The notes under the pieces were generated by a model. The model did no database searches. It was given only the letters and a program-made list of their open reading frames with translations, and had not been told where the DNA came from. DNA of 64,000 nt. Source: Nitrospirota bacterium. GTDB taxonomy: Bacteria > Nitrospirota > UBA9217. A program made the position numbers and the translations under genes. Numbering within the stretch: position 1 is the first letter of the stretch; each line of letters opens with the position of its first letter. Shown in pieces: positions 22,359-32,362 of the stretch. The stretch is taken from positions 128,001 to 192,000 of the forward strand of contig CAVVOB010000022.1 in NCBI GenBank assembly GCA_963749655.1. Direction: 5' to 3'.

Positions 22359-23219
22359 CTTTCCCTCTCCTACCGTACACTGCCTGCAGAACTGCTTTAA
22401 CAAGCCCACGTGAACCTTTCCTGCATTTCCTTCGACGATCCTCTCGAAAGCCTTGCCGCTGACCGCGTTCGTGAGCAGATACCGCGGCAATTTCATGACC
22501 GAGTCGCCATCAGTTGTAGGGCGCGCCTCGATCGAGAACGTGGCGATGTAGCCTGCTTCCTTTGCTTTTTCCAGAAGCCTGTCGTTGTAGATGCCGAAGG
22601 GCCATGCAAGCATATCTACGCGCACGCCCAGTTCTTTCTCGAGTTTTGCTTTTGATTTTGTGAGCTGCAGGTCCACAGACTTTTCGTATTCCGATGGGGA
22701 CATCCGCTTTTCATCGTGCTTGAAATTGGGATGCCAGTAGGTGTGCCCCTGAAAATCGAACAACCCGGTCTTCTTCAGGTCCCTCAGCTGGTCCCAGGTC
22801 ATTGCATAGGAAGCGTTCGATATGGCCGAGGGATAGAGGAAAAGCGTCACCGGCACGTGGAATTCTTTGACGAGGGGAAGCATGTGCTGGTAGACCGATT
22901 CATGTCCGTCATCAACGACGATCACGACTGATTTGGGCAGGGGTTTGGGGCTCTTATTGAGATAATAATCGACGAGCTGTTTTAAGGGGATCACCTGATA
23001 GCCGTTCTCTTTGAGGTATTTGAGGTGAGATTCGAAAACAGCGGTCGTTACGGTCATACCATCGGCAACCACGGGGCCGAAACGATGATACAGAAGGATG
23101 GGGACGCTAAATGGGACGGGGTTTCCTGCAGTGTCAGCGCTTGCTATGCCTGAAAACGGAGAGAGGAGAAGAAAGAAGATAGCGGCCCGGAGGAGCAGCC
23201 GGTCAAAAAGTTTATTCAT
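22359..23219 (-). CDS. Polysaccharide deacetylase (CE4), exported; reads through into the next gene
   Basis: Signal peptide; PILLYH, VDDG, GHTYWH, AWPFG motifs. Confidence 0.82.
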
Positions 23220-23272
23220 ACCACTTCACCTAACCATGCTACATCAGTGGTGCCGTTATTCCCAGTGATTTT

Positions 23273-23315
23273 ATAGTACGTTTTCGCTGAGATAGGGGCT
23301 GTGAGCGGGGTCACA
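23273..23315 (-). promoter_or_regulatory. CRP/Fnr-family box with class II promoter geometry
   Basis: TGTGA-gcgggg-TCACA at 23300-23315; minus-strand -10 TACTAT at 23278-23273. Confidence 0.6.
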
Positions 23316-23450
23316 ATACAGTGTTAATATATAAGGAAGGAAACAACGGCAGATTTGCGACAGTTATGCTTTGGTTCAATCTGCAAGATTGAACCAGCGT
23401 GAGAAACAACGATAGCGGAACGACATAAACAAGGATGCACTCGCAGGACC

Positions 23451-23569
23451 CAACTCATAACTCATAACTAAAAACTCAAAACGTAGCTACGGCCTTTTCC
23501 GCATTTGGGGTATACCCCAAAAAACCCCATCAACCCTCTTGACACCGGGGGTAAGATACTATATATAAT
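23451..23569 (+). repeat. Diverged copy of the repeated module, with TTGACA promoter
   Basis: aactcataactcataactaaaaactcaaaac..ttttccgcatt..tataccccaaaaaaccccatc..cttgaca matches segments of 15762-15875. Confidence 0.65.
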
Positions 23570-23695
23570 TATACGAAAATGCGTAAATGAGTTGACGCTC
23601 CTGTCTTGCCCTGGGAGTAGCGCGCGATTGGCCGGGTGTGGTTGGATGGCAGGCGAATGACTGGGGAGGGATCACGTGCAAAGAGGTCTTGTACT

Positions 23696-24685
23696 ATGAC
23701 GGACAGTCTCTTCCTGGCTATGTGGAACGTTGAGAATCTGTTTGATGTCGAAGGTGCGAAACGGCCCAAGAAGATCAGGCGGATCATAGCCAAAGACATC
23801 GCAGGCTGGAATGAGCAGCTTTTGGACGCCAAACTTCGTCAGCTCTCGATAGTCATCCGCTCGATGAACTCCGGAGCCGGCCCGGATGTGCTGGGGGTGT
23901 GTGAAGTAGAGAACAGGAATGTTCTCAAAAAGCTGGCTGACAGAATTTCCCTGGACGGCGGCCGGACTTACAGCATCGCCCATGCCGATACAAGCGACAA
24001 CAGAGGTATTGACGTCGCGTTCCTTTATGATTCGGGAATCATGAAAACGTCCCACGACAAGATGTTCCAGCACTGGGTGGTCAAGCGATATGCGACGCGT
24101 GAGCTCTTTCAGGTGAATTTTACGATCGATGGCGGGACCCTCGTCCTGATTGGAAACCATTGGCCTTCGCGATCGGGAGGCCAGTACGAGTCTGAACCCT
24201 ACCGCATGACCGCTGGCGAGACGCTTTCGTACTGGATCGAGCGAATTCACGAGGAACTGGGGGAAGACGCGGCGATCGTCGTCCTGGGAGACTTCAACGA
24301 TGAGCCGTTCAACCGCGCCCTAACGGAATATGCCCTTTCAATAAACGACAGCCGCGTTGTGTTGAGCGGAACAAGCCACTATCTGCTGAACCTCATGTGG
24401 CCTCTTCTTGCGCAGGGGAAGGGCTCGCATCTTTTCGAAGGACGCTGGAACATGCTCGATCAGATCATGGTGAGCAGGGCCGTGGTCAACGGCAAGTGCG
24501 GTTGGACCGCACAAGACAGTCCGCGCATCGTGGGTGCAGAGCTCATGACGCATCCGACTTCACGGGGGCCCCATCGGTTTGGGATCAAGCCGATGGAGCG
24601 CGATATCTCGGGATTCAGTGACCACTATCCTGTCAGCATCACTTTGAAAAAAGAAAACAGGATCTTCAGGCTTTCCTATGGGTAG
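23696..24685 (+). CDS. Endonuclease/exonuclease/phosphatase family protein; C-terminus altered by IS insertion
   Basis: WNVENLFD, CEVEN, NHWPSR, LGDFND, SDHYPV motifs. Confidence 0.9.
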   Translation: MTDSLFLAMWNVENLFDVEGAKRPKKIRRIIAKDIAGWNEQLLDAKLRQLSIVIRSMNSGAGPDVLGVCEVENRNVLKKLADRISLDGGRTYSIAHADTSDNRGIDVAFLYDSGIMKTSHDKMFQHWVVKRYATRELFQVNFTIDGGTLVLIGNHWPSRSGGQYESEPYRMTAGETLSYWIERIHEELGEDAAIVVLGDFNDEPFNRALTEYALSINDSRVVLSGTSHYLLNLMWPLLAQGKGSHLFEGRWNMLDQIMVSRAVVNGKCGWTAQDSPRIVGAELMTHPTSRGPHRFGIKPMERDISGFSDHYPVSITLKKENRIFRLSYG

Positions 24686-26037
24686 CTAAGAAGATTAAAT
24701 ATGCATCGTAGGCCCATTTGAAGCTGCTTTTATAGCTTTAACGTTCTTTGATAACTTGACACGTTTAGATGCAAAGGGTATCGTCTTGCCTTATGAAGAA
24801 GACTACCCTTAGCACGCTTTATAGTTTTCCTGGTTTTCGCGCCCAGTCTCGGTTAAAGGATGATCCGGACGATCCCGGTGGCCGCATTATTGTCCTTCGA
24901 CGACGGCAAAAAAAACTACCTGTTCATGTGGCCGTAGTCAGCGAGGCTTCTACGATCGCATCATGCATCGGGTCAGGGACCTTGACTCCGGCGGCATTCG
25001 CATCCATCTCGAGTTTGAATATCGGCGCATGTTCTGCCGGAGGTGTCAAACTGTGAAGCGCGAGACCCTTGCCTGGCTGGCATCATCCAAGAGATTTACC
25101 GGACGATTCGAACAGGCCATCGGGCGTCAGTGTCGTGAGATGTCTATATCCCGAGTGGCTGAAATGAACCGTTTGAGCTGGGACCAGGTCCAACGCATCG
25201 AGAAAAACTACATGCGCGATCTGCTGGCGAAGCACCCGCCGTCCAAGGACCTTCGCGTGATCGGCATCGACGAAGTCTCGATTCGGAAGGGCCATACCTA
25301 TGCGATCGTTGTAGCTGATCTGGATCAGCATCGCCCTATCTGGATTGGCGGCAACGGCCGCAAGGAAGAAGACTTGGACCTCTTCTTCAATGAAATCGGG
25401 CCGAATACGGCCAAGGGCATCAAACTGGCAGTCATGGATATGTGGAAGCCTTTCAGAAACGCTACCAAACACCACGCGCCGGACGCTCAACTCGTCTTCG
25501 ATAAGTTTCACGTACTCCAGCACCTGTCGTTTGCCTTGGATGAGGTCAGACGGAGCGAATATAAACGTGTCAATGACAAAGAACGACGGTTCATCAAGGG
25601 CCAGCGCTATACGCTGCTTTCAAACCGGGACAACCTGGATATGGATGGCAGACGGGCCTTGCAACTCTTACTCAAGGCCAATAGCCGCCTTCACAAGGCC
25701 TATCTACTCAAGGAATCCTTCGGGCAGCTGTGGTCATACAACAATCCAGCCTGGGCGCGAAAGTTCTTTGAGAACTGGAAAGCGCAGCTCCGATGGAGCC
25801 GCTTGGAACCGTTTCAAAAGTTTGCTGCAATGATCGAACGTCACTGGGATGGCATCGTCAGTTACTGTCATCCCGACAATAAGGTGTCCCTCGGATTCAT
25901 GGAGGGACTAAACAACAAGATCCGGGTGATTCAGCGTCGGGCTTATGGCATTAAAGATAAAGAGTATCTTCGATTGAAGGTACTGACTTCCTTTCTCCCA
26001 GATGCCAAAAGTGACCCACACTAAACCCGGAAGACCC
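24660..26037 (+). mobile_element. ISL3-family insertion sequence, 1378 bp, complete
   Basis: 23-bp imperfect TIRs (ggatcttcaggctttcctatggg / cccacactaaacccggaagaccc) and 8-bp target duplication agaaaaca at 24652-24659 and 26038-26045. Confidence 0.93.
24793..26024 (+). CDS. ISL3 transposase in two frames joined by a -1 shift at an A8 run (24908-24915)
   Basis: IGIDE, MDMW, FDKFH, EGLNNKIRVIQRRAYG motifs; the -1 frame supplies CSCG of the zinc finger. Confidence 0.9.
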
Positions 26038-26230
26038 AGAAAACATATCCTGAACGGAAGAACCCGAAAAGAAACGGGGTTCTTCCAAATTCATCCGTTA
26101 AACCGGCCCGCACAGCGGGTGTCGACATATTCGCTTCGCACAACCCGTGCGTCATACAGCAAGCCACATACGGCAGTAAGGCCGTCTCCAAATAACATAT
26201 CCAAATAACATACAGGAAGGAGATCATCAC

Positions 26231-27262
26231 ATGGGAACAAAGTCAAGTGTTCTCTTGGACTCGCCCGAAATCATGGAGGGGATAGGCCCTTTACGCTCTG
26301 CTGCATTGACGCAGGCAGGAATTACGACGATTGCAGCCATGATCGGAGCGGGCGTCGGTAAGGTCCGCAGCATCTGCCCTGACGCCGGCGAGAGTGAAGT
26401 CCGGCGCTGGTTGTGTGCAGCCGCGCTTCTGCGGATAAAAGGCATGACGCCCGCCCTGGCCGACGCGCTTGCACGGGCTCAGGTATGCTCGTCAGCGAGT
26501 GTTGCGGATGCAAAGCTCAAGGATCTGGAGGACGCGGTTAAGGCCGCCTATGCGGGAAGCCGTGCGGTGAAAATCCCGAGCATCTATGATCTGGCTGCTG
26601 TGCAGCAGGCAGCATGGAAGGTGTGCGAAAAGGGAATGATGGCGGGGAGGATACTGACCTCGACCGGCGCCCCCCTCGCGCAGGTTCGGGTGGACATCGG
26701 CAGTCAGGAGGCGCTTACGAATGACGCCGGATGGGTCGCCTTTGACGCGGTACCCGTCGGAAAGGTGAAATTGCAGATCTACCCGCAGGGCCGAAGCGTT
26801 GCCATGCAGCCGCCGCCCCTGGACGTCAGTCCGGACGGACTAGCGGGGCCCGTGGTCGTGCGGATCGCTTCGCTTGGCAAGCCCGAACAGTTCGCGAGGC
26901 GGGAGATTGACGGATACCCCGTCTTCATCACGAAGGCGTCGATCCTGCGAGCGGCATGGCGGGAAATCGGCGACCTGCCGGAGGGCGATCTTCTGCAGGT
27001 GCGCGACCTCGACAAGAACGGCGTGTTCCGGCTGCTTAGCCTCTACAAGGAACGGCAGGGCACGGTGATCACCGTGTTCCGGACAAAGGCGGGGGCCGCC
27101 GATCTTCCGGCCGGGACGAAGCCGGGCGACATTGTGACGGTTGCCGGGGGCCGTCTGCAGTCTACCAAACTGACGGTAGAAGGGGTGTCGGCAGTCAAGC
27201 GGGAGAAAACCGAGGCCTTAGGCCGGCGGACGAGCCGCCGGGTAGTGCGGTTAGCACTGTAA
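26231..27262 (+). CDS. DUF4332-like (tandem HhH) protein with a carboxypeptidase-regulatory-like domain
   Basis: EGIGP..L..AGI.T and W...A.LLRIKGM repeats; GRILTSTGAPLAQVRV..TNDAG beta-sandwich; RBS present. Confidence 0.65.
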   Translation: MGTKSSVLLDSPEIMEGIGPLRSAALTQAGITTIAAMIGAGVGKVRSICPDAGESEVRRWLCAAALLRIKGMTPALADALARAQVCSSASVADAKLKDLEDAVKAAYAGSRAVKIPSIYDLAAVQQAAWKVCEKGMMAGRILTSTGAPLAQVRVDIGSQEALTNDAGWVAFDAVPVGKVKLQIYPQGRSVAMQPPPLDVSPDGLAGPVVVRIASLGKPEQFARREIDGYPVFITKASILRAAWREIGDLPEGDLLQVRDLDKNGVFRLLSLYKERQGTVITVFRTKAGAADLPAGTKPGDIVTVAGGRLQSTKLTVEGVSAVKREKTEALGRRTSRRVVRLAL

Positions 27263-27282
27263 AACACAAGGAGGGATGACCT

Positions 27283-27867
27283 ATGCCGGACGATGGGGGA
27301 GCTACTTATCAATTTATACCAAGCGCTGATGCCTGCGATACTTGCGCAGGGCAGGCAGGAGAATATGATTTTCCTCCCGCGGTACCTGTTCACGATAACT
27401 GCAGGTGTCAGGTCGTGCAGAAAGGATTGGATTGCAAGGACGGAAGCGTTCGTTATGAAGTCCGAAATCTCGAAGTCTCGGAAGATTCATACACCATAGA
27501 AGATGTTTTTATAGGGGACTACACCAACCGAGGCGAAGAATCCCTCGCGGCGACCGTAGCGATAAAGTGCGAAATCGAACAAGAGTCGTTCGACGAGGGA
27601 GTTGAGGCGGAACTGAACTGGTCCCCCATGTGCGGTTCTGTTTCCGAATCGGTTGTGTTTCCGGCGAGATCCACAGGGGAAATCAGAGGAGAGATCGAAT
27701 ATCAACAGATCATGTGTATCGGCGAACTATGGAAAATCTGCGAAACACCTGATCCGGTCGCGGGCTTCAACTCCGAGGAGTGTTATGTAGGAGAGGTCGG
27801 CGGTATCGCAGTAGCGCGTACCGGTTTGAACGGCGCTTACGTGGTGGCGGAACCGCTGGGGGAATAA
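27283..27867 (+). CDS. Hypothetical acidic Cys-rich protein with MuF-like CxxC...PxHxNCRC motif
   Basis: GGAGG RBS; ACDTCAGQAGEYDFPPAVPVHDNCRC at the N-terminus. Confidence 0.7.
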   Translation: MPDDGGATYQFIPSADACDTCAGQAGEYDFPPAVPVHDNCRCQVVQKGLDCKDGSVRYEVRNLEVSEDSYTIEDVFIGDYTNRGEESLAATVAIKCEIEQESFDEGVEAELNWSPMCGSVSESVVFPARSTGEIRGEIEYQQIMCIGELWKICETPDPVAGFNSEECYVGEVGGIAVARTGLNGAYVVAEPLGE

Positions 27868-27972
27868 GATCAGGCACATGCCGGAGATTTCCGGAATACA
27901 CAGAGAAATCCACAACTGCGTTTTGTGAGCTGATGGATCGGAATCGAAAATCGTATCGGCATGGGAGACCAG

Positions 27973-28087
27973 GGGGATGTAGTGACCGAAGTGGAGCAAT
28001 GCGTGGGAGGAATTAATCAAGAATGCAATAGACTTAACTTAGTATCAGTATCCGAAGAAGTTAGTCCATTTAGGTCACTACGTCCCC
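27973..28087. repeat. GGGGAC-terminated palindromic element (MITE/REPIN-like), copy 1
   Basis: Imperfect TIR ggggatgtagtgaccgaagtgga / tccatttaggtcactacgtcccc; 34 bp identical to 29961-29994. Confidence 0.8.
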
Positions 28088-28228
28088 TGTGGCGCCCAGA
28101 ATCTTCGCAATTTTCAGGCGATTAACGATCCGAAGGAGGCTCTTATCCTTCTTGCCGAGGGCGACCAAGAGAAACACTATGACGCACTGACGGCGGAAGT
28201 TGAGAAGACATTACAGAGGGGCTAGCCG

Positions 28229-28304
28229 GTAGGTTGGGCAAAAGGCTTCACCTTGCCCAACAGAATTCAAAAGATGTTGGGCTGTGATGCGTAGGCCAAC
28301 CTAC
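28229..28304. repeat. GTAG-type REP doublet (REPIN)
   Basis: gtaggttgggc..gcccaac followed by inverted gttgggc..ccaacctac. Confidence 0.82.
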
Positions 28305-28319
28305 AGACTGGTTGTACAA

Positions 28320-28766
28320 ATGAAAATATACGTCGTTGACACTTGCTTGATTAATAAACTCGTCGATGGCTCTGTAGGCTCTGATGAATTGCCGAAGGAT
28401 GGACAGTTTGTCGCGTCACATATTCAACTTGACGAATTGAGCAAGACAAGAAACACGGAACGAAGGGAAAAACTCCTGAATAAGTTTAGCGAGCTTATTA
28501 GTGAAGTATTGCCGACGGAGTCATTTGTATTAGACATTTCGAGATTGGACGAAGCTCGTCTTGGCGATGGTGTCAGATATCATGCGATAAAAGAAGACCT
28601 TGATGCACGAAATAAGTCAAAGCCAAACAATACACATGATGCACTTATCGCTGAAGTTGCAATGAAAAATGGCTACACTCTGCTTACAACGGATTTTGAT
28701 CTTTACCAAACTGCATATAAGCAGGGTATCGGGGTAATGTACTGGACAACAACATCTCGCAAGTAA
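28320..28766 (+). CDS. PIN-domain protein (VapC-like fold), AT-rich
   Basis: YVVDTC, QLDEL, HDALIAE, LLTTD acidic motifs. Confidence 0.78.
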   Translation: MKIYVVDTCLINKLVDGSVGSDELPKDGQFVASHIQLDELSKTRNTERREKLLNKFSELISEVLPTESFVLDISRLDEARLGDGVRYHAIKEDLDARNKSKPNNTHDALIAEVAMKNGYTLLTTDFDLYQTAYKQGIGVMYWTTTSRK

Positions 28767-28786
28767 ACTACCATCAAAACAGCCGG

Positions 28787-28817
28787 GTAGGTCGGGTAGA
28801 GCGCAGCGAAACCCGAC
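28787..28817 (+). repeat. GTAG-type REP
   Basis: gtaggtcgggtagagcgcagcgaaacccgac. Confidence 0.85.
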
Positions 28818-28830
28818 GGAATCGCAATGA

Positions 28831-29236
28831 TTGACCAAGCCTTCGAGATATCATGCGATACAAACGATCAATTGCAAAAGGGCTTCATTCTTTCTCATCG
28901 TTGTAACGGATAAGCGAAGAAAATTTCTGTGTCATGATGCTAATGTCCGTCTTCTTCGCGAAGCTTTCCGGACGGTCAGGTCCCGTCACCCGTTTACCAT
29001 AGACGCTTTCGTGTTGTTGCCGGATCATCTGCACTGCATTTGGACTTTACCGGAGCAGGATAGTGATTTTCCCATGCGCTGGGTCAGATCAAGAGTCATC
29101 TCAGCAGATATTGCAGTGATGAGTTCAAGGGACAACGAACGGCAGTGTATCTCGCCAAGTCATTTGGCAGAAAAGATATTGGGAGCATCATATCTGGGAT
29201 GAGGCCGATTTGATCCATCATGTAGAGTACATTCAC
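28831..29236 (+). pseudogene. REP-associated tyrosine transposase (RAYT), degraded and truncated
   Basis: HPFTIDAFVLLPDHLHCIWTLP (HUH motif); shifted frame WQKRYWEHHI.DE.D..HHVEYIH stops before the usual NPVK. Confidence 0.85.
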
Positions 29237-29894
29237 ACCCGCATCACGAATACGATCGGAACACCGCGCTCAAGTTAAAATTTTACGTTGCACTGTGGAA
29301 TAATAATATGATACGGTAGCTGCCGGGAGTGGAGATATCCTCCCAGTCAAATTGTTCCTTTTTTCAGGGGATATGTTGTGATTACGGCCAGGGTTGCTCT
29401 ACAGATATCGGTTGATCCGCCTTTGATACGCATACCGGAGAATGTCATAGACCTGGTGCCGGACCGCGAGGCAAACACCTATGCTATGGCGGATAACGGG
29501 TTGCGGCAGGAAAAGCCTGAACACTATCGGATAAGCCTGATGAGAAGAGCTGATGCTGTCGTCGATAGAGTTACCATCAGCGGAACGTCTACGCCCGCAG
29601 GGGTTGCCCTGTTGCAGCCCGGTTATTTACCCCTCCTGCCGCTACCTTAAGGAAACGCTGTCGAACGTTATATGGCTATTCCAAACCAGCAGGGTTTTTG
29701 CGAATGAAAATCCGTGAGATTTGGACTGCACATGGTCCATTTGAGTTTAAAGAAGCCCGTAAAGAAATTGAGGACAGAAAAGATGAAGATCGTGACGGGG
29801 ATTTAAGCATTTTCGATGATACGATCCGTGTCATTCGGCAAGTTGCATCGGGTAATATTGAGAAACGCGACTTTGAATTTAACGGATAAATTTT

Positions 29895-29994
29895 GAGGAC
29901 GAAGTGACCGAAATGGAGAAATGGGCTGGAAGTAATGGGATAGGCTTGGAATCAGTATTTGAAGAAGTTAGTCCATTTAGGTCACTACGTCCCC
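29895..29994. repeat. GGGGAC-terminated palindromic element, copy 2
   Basis: gaggacgaagtgaccgaaatgga / tccatttaggtcactacgtcccc. Confidence 0.8.
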
Positions 29995-30043
29995 GTCCCC
30001 TGTTGTGCCCCAAATTTGTCACCGTGCTGAGAATAGTTATCTC

Positions 30044-31494
30044 TCAACGAAGAACTTCCACGTAGACTGGGTTTGTGTTGAGCGTGATCGTTGCGCTGTT
30101 GTTCTTTACCGGCAGCAACGTGACCGTGAAGGCCGTTGAATAGCTTTCGACGTTTGCCCCCGAGGATTGAAAAGGCACTGCCTCGGTTATCCTGAAACTT
30201 GTCCCTTGCAGGTCGGCAAGGATGGTCTGCTTCGTCATACCCGGCGTATAGCCGGGATCGCGCAGATAGTCCCACCATGCAGTGTACACGCTCCCTCCAT
30301 TCTTGGTAAACCGGTAGACGCGGACGTTGTCTGAATCCTGCTCGGCCCGGATGGTTTTCCAGTCGCAGTCTTTCAGCATCTCGGCCATCTTTTTGTAGGA
30401 ATAGTACGCAAGTTTCCTGTGAGAGTACCCATCGGCGTTTTCAGGATTGTTGACCAACCCGACATTATCGAAGTAGCCGTTCACAATGCCGCCTGCATCA
30501 TGCGACTCGTAGGCCTGCGCCCAGAAGATCTTCTCGACGCCCGCGGCCAGGGCATAGACATATCGTTTGATCACGGCAGCAGCGTGATAGGCCTCGGTAT
30601 GGGCCGTGTATCCTTCGGGGCTGTCGCTGTAATCGGACATTTCGGTGATGTAAAGGGGGACGGTTCCGTAGCCGATATTGTCGAGCCCGGTCCTGATGTC
30701 CGCAAGGAACGGCAGAAGGCCGTAGGTCCCGGACGGAAGGTTTATCACATCGTAATCGTCGTCTCCGGCGAACTGCCCTGACCAGTGCAGGTCGAAGACA
30801 TCGAAATACCGGTCTTCTGCACTGTCCCTGATTCTGTCCAGTTCGGCCAGCATCGGCTATGTAGAAACCGGCGAGTCCCGCAGGGGTAGCAACGCCTGCC
30901 ATGGCGACCTTCATGCCCGGAGCAGTCTGTTTAATGGCCTGATAGGAAAGCTTGAGCAGGAGGGCGTAATTCTCCGGTGTGTCCTGCCAGAACGCGGCGT
31001 TGTCTGCCTCGTTTTCGATCTGCACGACGTCTATCATTGGAGAACCGGGAGCATCTTCAGCGCCGTCGCCGTCATAGCGCTCGACCGCTCTCCTGAGGAA
31101 CTCGAGGTATCGGCCCATATCTTTCGGCAGGCCTCCGGAGCCCGGCTGTGTGCCTTCCAGCCTGTTTTGCGCTTTCACTCCGACGAACAGCTTGATCCCG
31201 GCGGCTGCTCCGGCGCCGATGACTTCGTCCGAAGCGGTCCAGTCATAGACGCCTCCTTGCTGTTTCGATTTGGTCCCAGATGAGGCTGCCGTAGGACGAT
31301 ATCCGAGCAGTTGTCGCGCCGGTCTCATGCATGATCCCGGCCTCGTCAACGACTTGATTCTCGAATCTCACCTCGTGTATGCCGAAGGGAGTGCTTGACG
31401 GAGAGGAGCTCGGTCCTGATACGACGTCGCAGGCTGCAAGAAACGATGCGCTCAGGACAGATACGGCAAAGAGGAACCATATTCCTTTTGACAT
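30044..31494 (-). CDS. Lipoprotein glycoside hydrolase (clan GH-A-like), split by frameshifts near 31265 and 30858
   Basis: Lipobox LAAC; WD.IE..G.YDW, VERYDGDG, QIENE, FDLH, YITE motifs across three ORFs. Confidence 0.72.
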
Positions 31495-31777
31495 TTGCTG
31501 AACCCCCGTTTGAGGAATTTCACCATCGGTGAGGCCGGAATAGTATACTACATCTGTCGTTGAGACACGACTTGTTGAACAAAGTTGAATAAGCGGGTGG
31601 AGGTAGCTTTACTGGTCCTCGTCTGCAGCCTGAACCGCCCGTTAAGCAATCTGCAAGATTGAACCAGCACAATATAACCGGCCGCACTCGTGAATTTACA
31701 GAACGGTATGTTCTCCTGTCCCTGAAGGAATCGCCCCATCCGCTTCTGCTATAATAATTACACAAAGGGGGTGCCCA

Positions 31778-32362
31778 GTGAAAAAGACCGCGTTCGTGCT
31801 GCTCCTCATGCTTCTTGCCGCTCCCGGCATTGCCGATGAAAAGCGCCACTCCGTTCCTCTCGACGACTCACCGTCCATCGGCCCAGCAACCGCTCCTGTC
31901 ACCATCATCGAATTCCTCGACTTCCAATGACCGCACTGCGTGGCGGCCGGTCCGACCGTCAGGAAGATCATGGACGTCTATAAAGGAAAAGTACGGCTCG
32001 TTATCAAGAACTATCCCTACATCTATCGCGATTACTCCCATGTCGCTGCAGAAGCGTCGCTCGATGCGCGCGACCAGGGCAAATACTGGGAAATGCACGA
32101 CCTCCTGCTGAAGCGGTCTCCCAAGCTCGACCGGACGAGCCTCATTGCCTACGCGAAGGAATTGGGCCTTGACGTAAAAAAATTCACCGAGTCTCTGGAC
32201 GGGAAAAAACACGCGTCAGAGATCGAGCGGGACAAGAAGCTGGCAACGGATATGGACCTTTACAACACGCCGACGTTCTTCATCAACGGAAGAAAGGTCG
32301 TCGGCGAGCGGCCCTTTTCGTATTTCAAGAAGATCCTTGATGAAGAGCTGATGAAAAAATAA
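31778..32362 (+). CDS. DsbA-like thioredoxin-fold selenoprotein (UxxC; UGA at 31928-31930), 194 aa
   Basis: GTG 31778, signal peptide, PSIGPATAPVTIIEFLDFQ-TGA-PHC in frame with ORF 31940-32362 (QGKYWEMHDLL, TPTFFING). Confidence 0.88.
31941..31961 (+). promoter_or_regulatory. Putative bacterial SECIS element
   Basis: Hairpin tggcggc-cggtccg-accgtca starting 10 nt after the UGA, with apical GGUC as in the E. coli fdhF-type SECIS. Confidence 0.7.

Noticed and set aside
29378-29889. ORFs 29378-29650 and 29698-29889
   Set aside because: No convincing start, RBS or motif; possibly gene debris, but not supportable as genes.
26231-29994. Prophage, suggested by the MuF-like motif
   Set aside because: No terminase, portal, capsid, tail or integrase genes in the window.
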